NCBI GenBank assembly: GCA_045546295.1
Contig: JAZQCP010000013.1
Location: 138,152-202,151 of the forward strand
Direction of reading: 5' to 3'
Length of the DNA: 64,000 bases
DNA from: Candidatus Nanosyncoccaceae bacterium
Lineage (GTDB): Bacteria; Patescibacteriota; Saccharimonadia; Saccharimonadales; Saccharimonadaceae
A program made the position numbers and the translations under genes. This document shows, piece after piece, positions 62,465 to 64,000 of the stretch (position 1 is its first letter; each line of letters opens with the position of its first letter). A model generated the notes under the pieces. That model did no database searches. It was not told the origin of the DNA and saw only the letters and a list, made by a program, of their open reading frames with translations.

Positions 62465-63180
62465 TATCGGGGGCGTTTTGCGGCTACTATGCGAGCTTTA
62501 TTTTCAACTGTGTCGTCTAGCTTATCCAGTTTGGTTTTTTGCCCGGTTTTGCGCTCTAGTGCCTTGGCGATGAAGAAATCGGTCAGCTTTGGGTTTTTAG
62601 GTAGAACTGGTCCATGCAGATAGGTGCCAATGCAGTTTTTGTAGCGGCATCCTTCGGTTTTGTCTTTTGCGTTGTTGCCGGCGCCGACGATTACTTCACC
62701 AAGTGGCTTCATATTTTCGCCAAGCTTCGTGAGGCCGGAATGGTTTTCGTAGCCGACTATTTCGCCAAATTCATTAGACTTGATTGTGACATTGCCGATG
62801 TAACGTTCCTTTCCTGCGTCCGTAGTGACATTAAAGACGTTAATGCCATTGATGGTTTTACCGGAGCCGGTTTTGTAGTATTTGCCGAATAATTGATAGA
62901 CGCCGCAGATAACTAAACAAGGCGTATTGTCGTTGATGAGGTCTTTGAGCTTTGGTGCGATTGCTTGCAGGTCATCTTCAATTTTGCCCTGCCCCGAATC
63001 TTGACCGCCGCCGCCAAAGATAATGTCAACATCGTCAGGGATTTTGTTGCCTGGTTCGTGCTCGATGACTTCAGTGTCGATACCGCGCCATTCGCAGCGT
63101 CGCTTGATAGCTAGCACGTTGCCGTGGTCGCCATAGAGGTTCATTTCCTTTGGGTATAGATGGAGAATTTTCAATTTCAT
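62464..63180 (-). CDS. gatD: lipid II isoglutaminyl synthase, glutaminase subunit GatD
   Basis: 238 aa. LHLYPKEMNLYGDHGN N-terminus, nucleophile context VICGVYQLFG, and GTYLHGPVLPKNP. ATGA-type 4-nt overlap with murT. Confidence 0.9.
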   Translation of the reverse strand: MKLKILHLYPKEMNLYGDHGNVLAIKRRCEWRGIDTEVIEHEPGNKIPDDVDIIFGGGGQDSGQGKIEDDLQAIAPKLKDLINDNTPCLVICGVYQLFGKYYKTGSGKTINGINVFNVTTDAGKERYIGNVTIKSNEFGEIVGYENHSGLTKLGENMKPLGEVIVGAGNNAKDKTEGCRYKNCIGTYLHGPVLPKNPKLTDFFIAKALERKTGQKTKLDKLDDTVENKARIVAAKRPR

Positions 63181-64000
63181 AGGATGCTCTTTCCGGAAAT
63201 AATTTTGCGTATTTCTAGCATGGCCGTATAGGTTGCAAAGATGCGTTTCGGCTTTTCTCCGTCGGAGATGAAAGCCTCCACGGCTTCTTCTAGATTTTCT
63301 ATAATACGGCCTACTGTGATGTTGTCGTACTTTAGACGTAAAGCCATATCGTAGGCGCGGATGCCAGATACTAGCTTGATGTTATTGTCGAGTTTGCTGA
63401 AGTTTACATTCCATAACCACGAAACATCGCGCCCATCGGCAATTTTATCGTTGATGGCAATCATGTAGTCGTGGCTGTCGTCGGCAAAAGAGGCAATGCT
63501 CAGCTGGAAGGCGGATGGATTTTTGACTAGGAGAATTTCTACTTCTTTGCCGTCAATTATGAAACTTTCGCCACGTCCGAAAGCGGATTCGATTGTTGAA
63601 ATATCGTCGACAAATCGCTGAACTTTAGCGTCTGGCATGACGGTATGGCAAAGTGCAAGTGCGCCAGCCACATTGTAGGCATTATAAATACCCTTCAACT
63701 TTAGGTTAATGGTGTAATCCTTTTTATCTATTGAATATGTCGCCCGTTGCCCTTCGAGGTGTTCGAAAATTACGTCAGCGTTTTTATTAGAGCTTTTTGT
63801 ATTGCTGGTTACTATTAAGTCGTCGTCGGACGGAAACTTCTTGATTAGTGAGTTGGACAGTCCGTAATATTCAATATTCTTGGCTTTTATCTTTCCGACG
63901 CGTGGGTCTTCGCGATTCAATACGACAGTTTTTCGCGTTGCGTCGGCGACTTTCTGTAGCAGACTTGCCGTGTAATCAATTTCGCCGAAACGGTCGAGCT
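63177..64000 (-). CDS. murT: lipid II isoglutaminyl synthase MurT (C-terminal part; N-terminus beyond window edge)
   Basis: The frame stays open upstream of the ORF-track TTG (…LDRFGEIDYTASLLQKVADATRKTVVLNREDPRVG…) to position 64000. Mur-ligase central/C-terminal regions plus a DUF1727-like end. Confidence 0.85.
   Translation of the reverse strand, partial: LDRFGEIDYTASLLQKVADATRKTVVLNREDPRVGKIKAKNIEYYGLSNSLIKKFPSDDDLIVTSNTKSSNKNADVIFEHLEGQRATYSIDKKDYTINLKLKGIYNAYNVAGALALCHTVMPDAKVQRFVDDISTIESAFGRGESFIIDGKEVEILLVKNPSAFQLSIASFADDSHDYMIAINDKIADGRDVSWLWNVNFSKLDNNIKLVSGIRAYDMALRLKYDNITVGRIIENLEEAVEAFISDGEKPKRIFATYTAMLEIRKIISGKSIL

Noticed and set aside
1-64000. Alternative genetic code (UGA recoded, as in some CPR lineages)
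   Set aside because: Conserved genes (uvrA, uvrB, polA, gltX, murD) are full length and end at ordinary stops, including TGA. No split ORFs suggest recoding.

Overview
Compact, gene-dense chromosomal window with about 60 protein genes, 2 tRNAs, short intergenic gaps and many 1-8 nt gene overlaps. It reads cleanly with the standard genetic code. Core content: DNA repair (uvrB, uvrA, polA, dinB, a UvrD-type helicase-nuclease); cell-envelope genes (murD plus a MurL-like partner, murT-gatD, pgeF, CapA-like); gltX, rplY and gpsA; an RNA m5U methyltransferase; a class I FBP-aldolase fusion; a MacB-type ABC pair; CorA, MscS, CaCA and hemolysin-III. The style (many small membrane proteins, a pilin-like fusion, MurT/GatD, almost no biosynthesis) suggests a Patescibacteria/CPR (Saccharibacteria-like) genome, but that is inference only. 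I saw no rRNA, CRISPR array, transposase, integrase or prophage genes. Best candidates for something new: (1) 13.1-17.3 kb, a T4SS-pilin-like domain fused to two Big_2 domains and a C39/papain-like peptidase, next to a tandemly duplicated promoter-CDS-terminator cassette of polytopic membrane proteins whose regulatory DNA is better conserved than the proteins; (2) pervasive leaderless gene starts (TGnTAnAAT, 6-8 nt, ATG) at 17 genes, including two interleaved divergent promoters in a 13-bp gap between the helicase-nuclease and an orphan 733-aa protein; (3) a rearranged tRNA-Ala locus (29-bp direct duplication, inverted D-arm fragment, weakened anticodon stem) bordering an accessory islet (vat-like acetyltransferase, TetR-esterase, a protein with ten 26-aa repeats); (4) an orphan consensus promoter plus terminator that could make a ~57-nt sRNA; (5) a two-gene envelope operon with an 1110-aa polytopic protein. 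All functional calls rest on motif recognition by eye, with no searches run.
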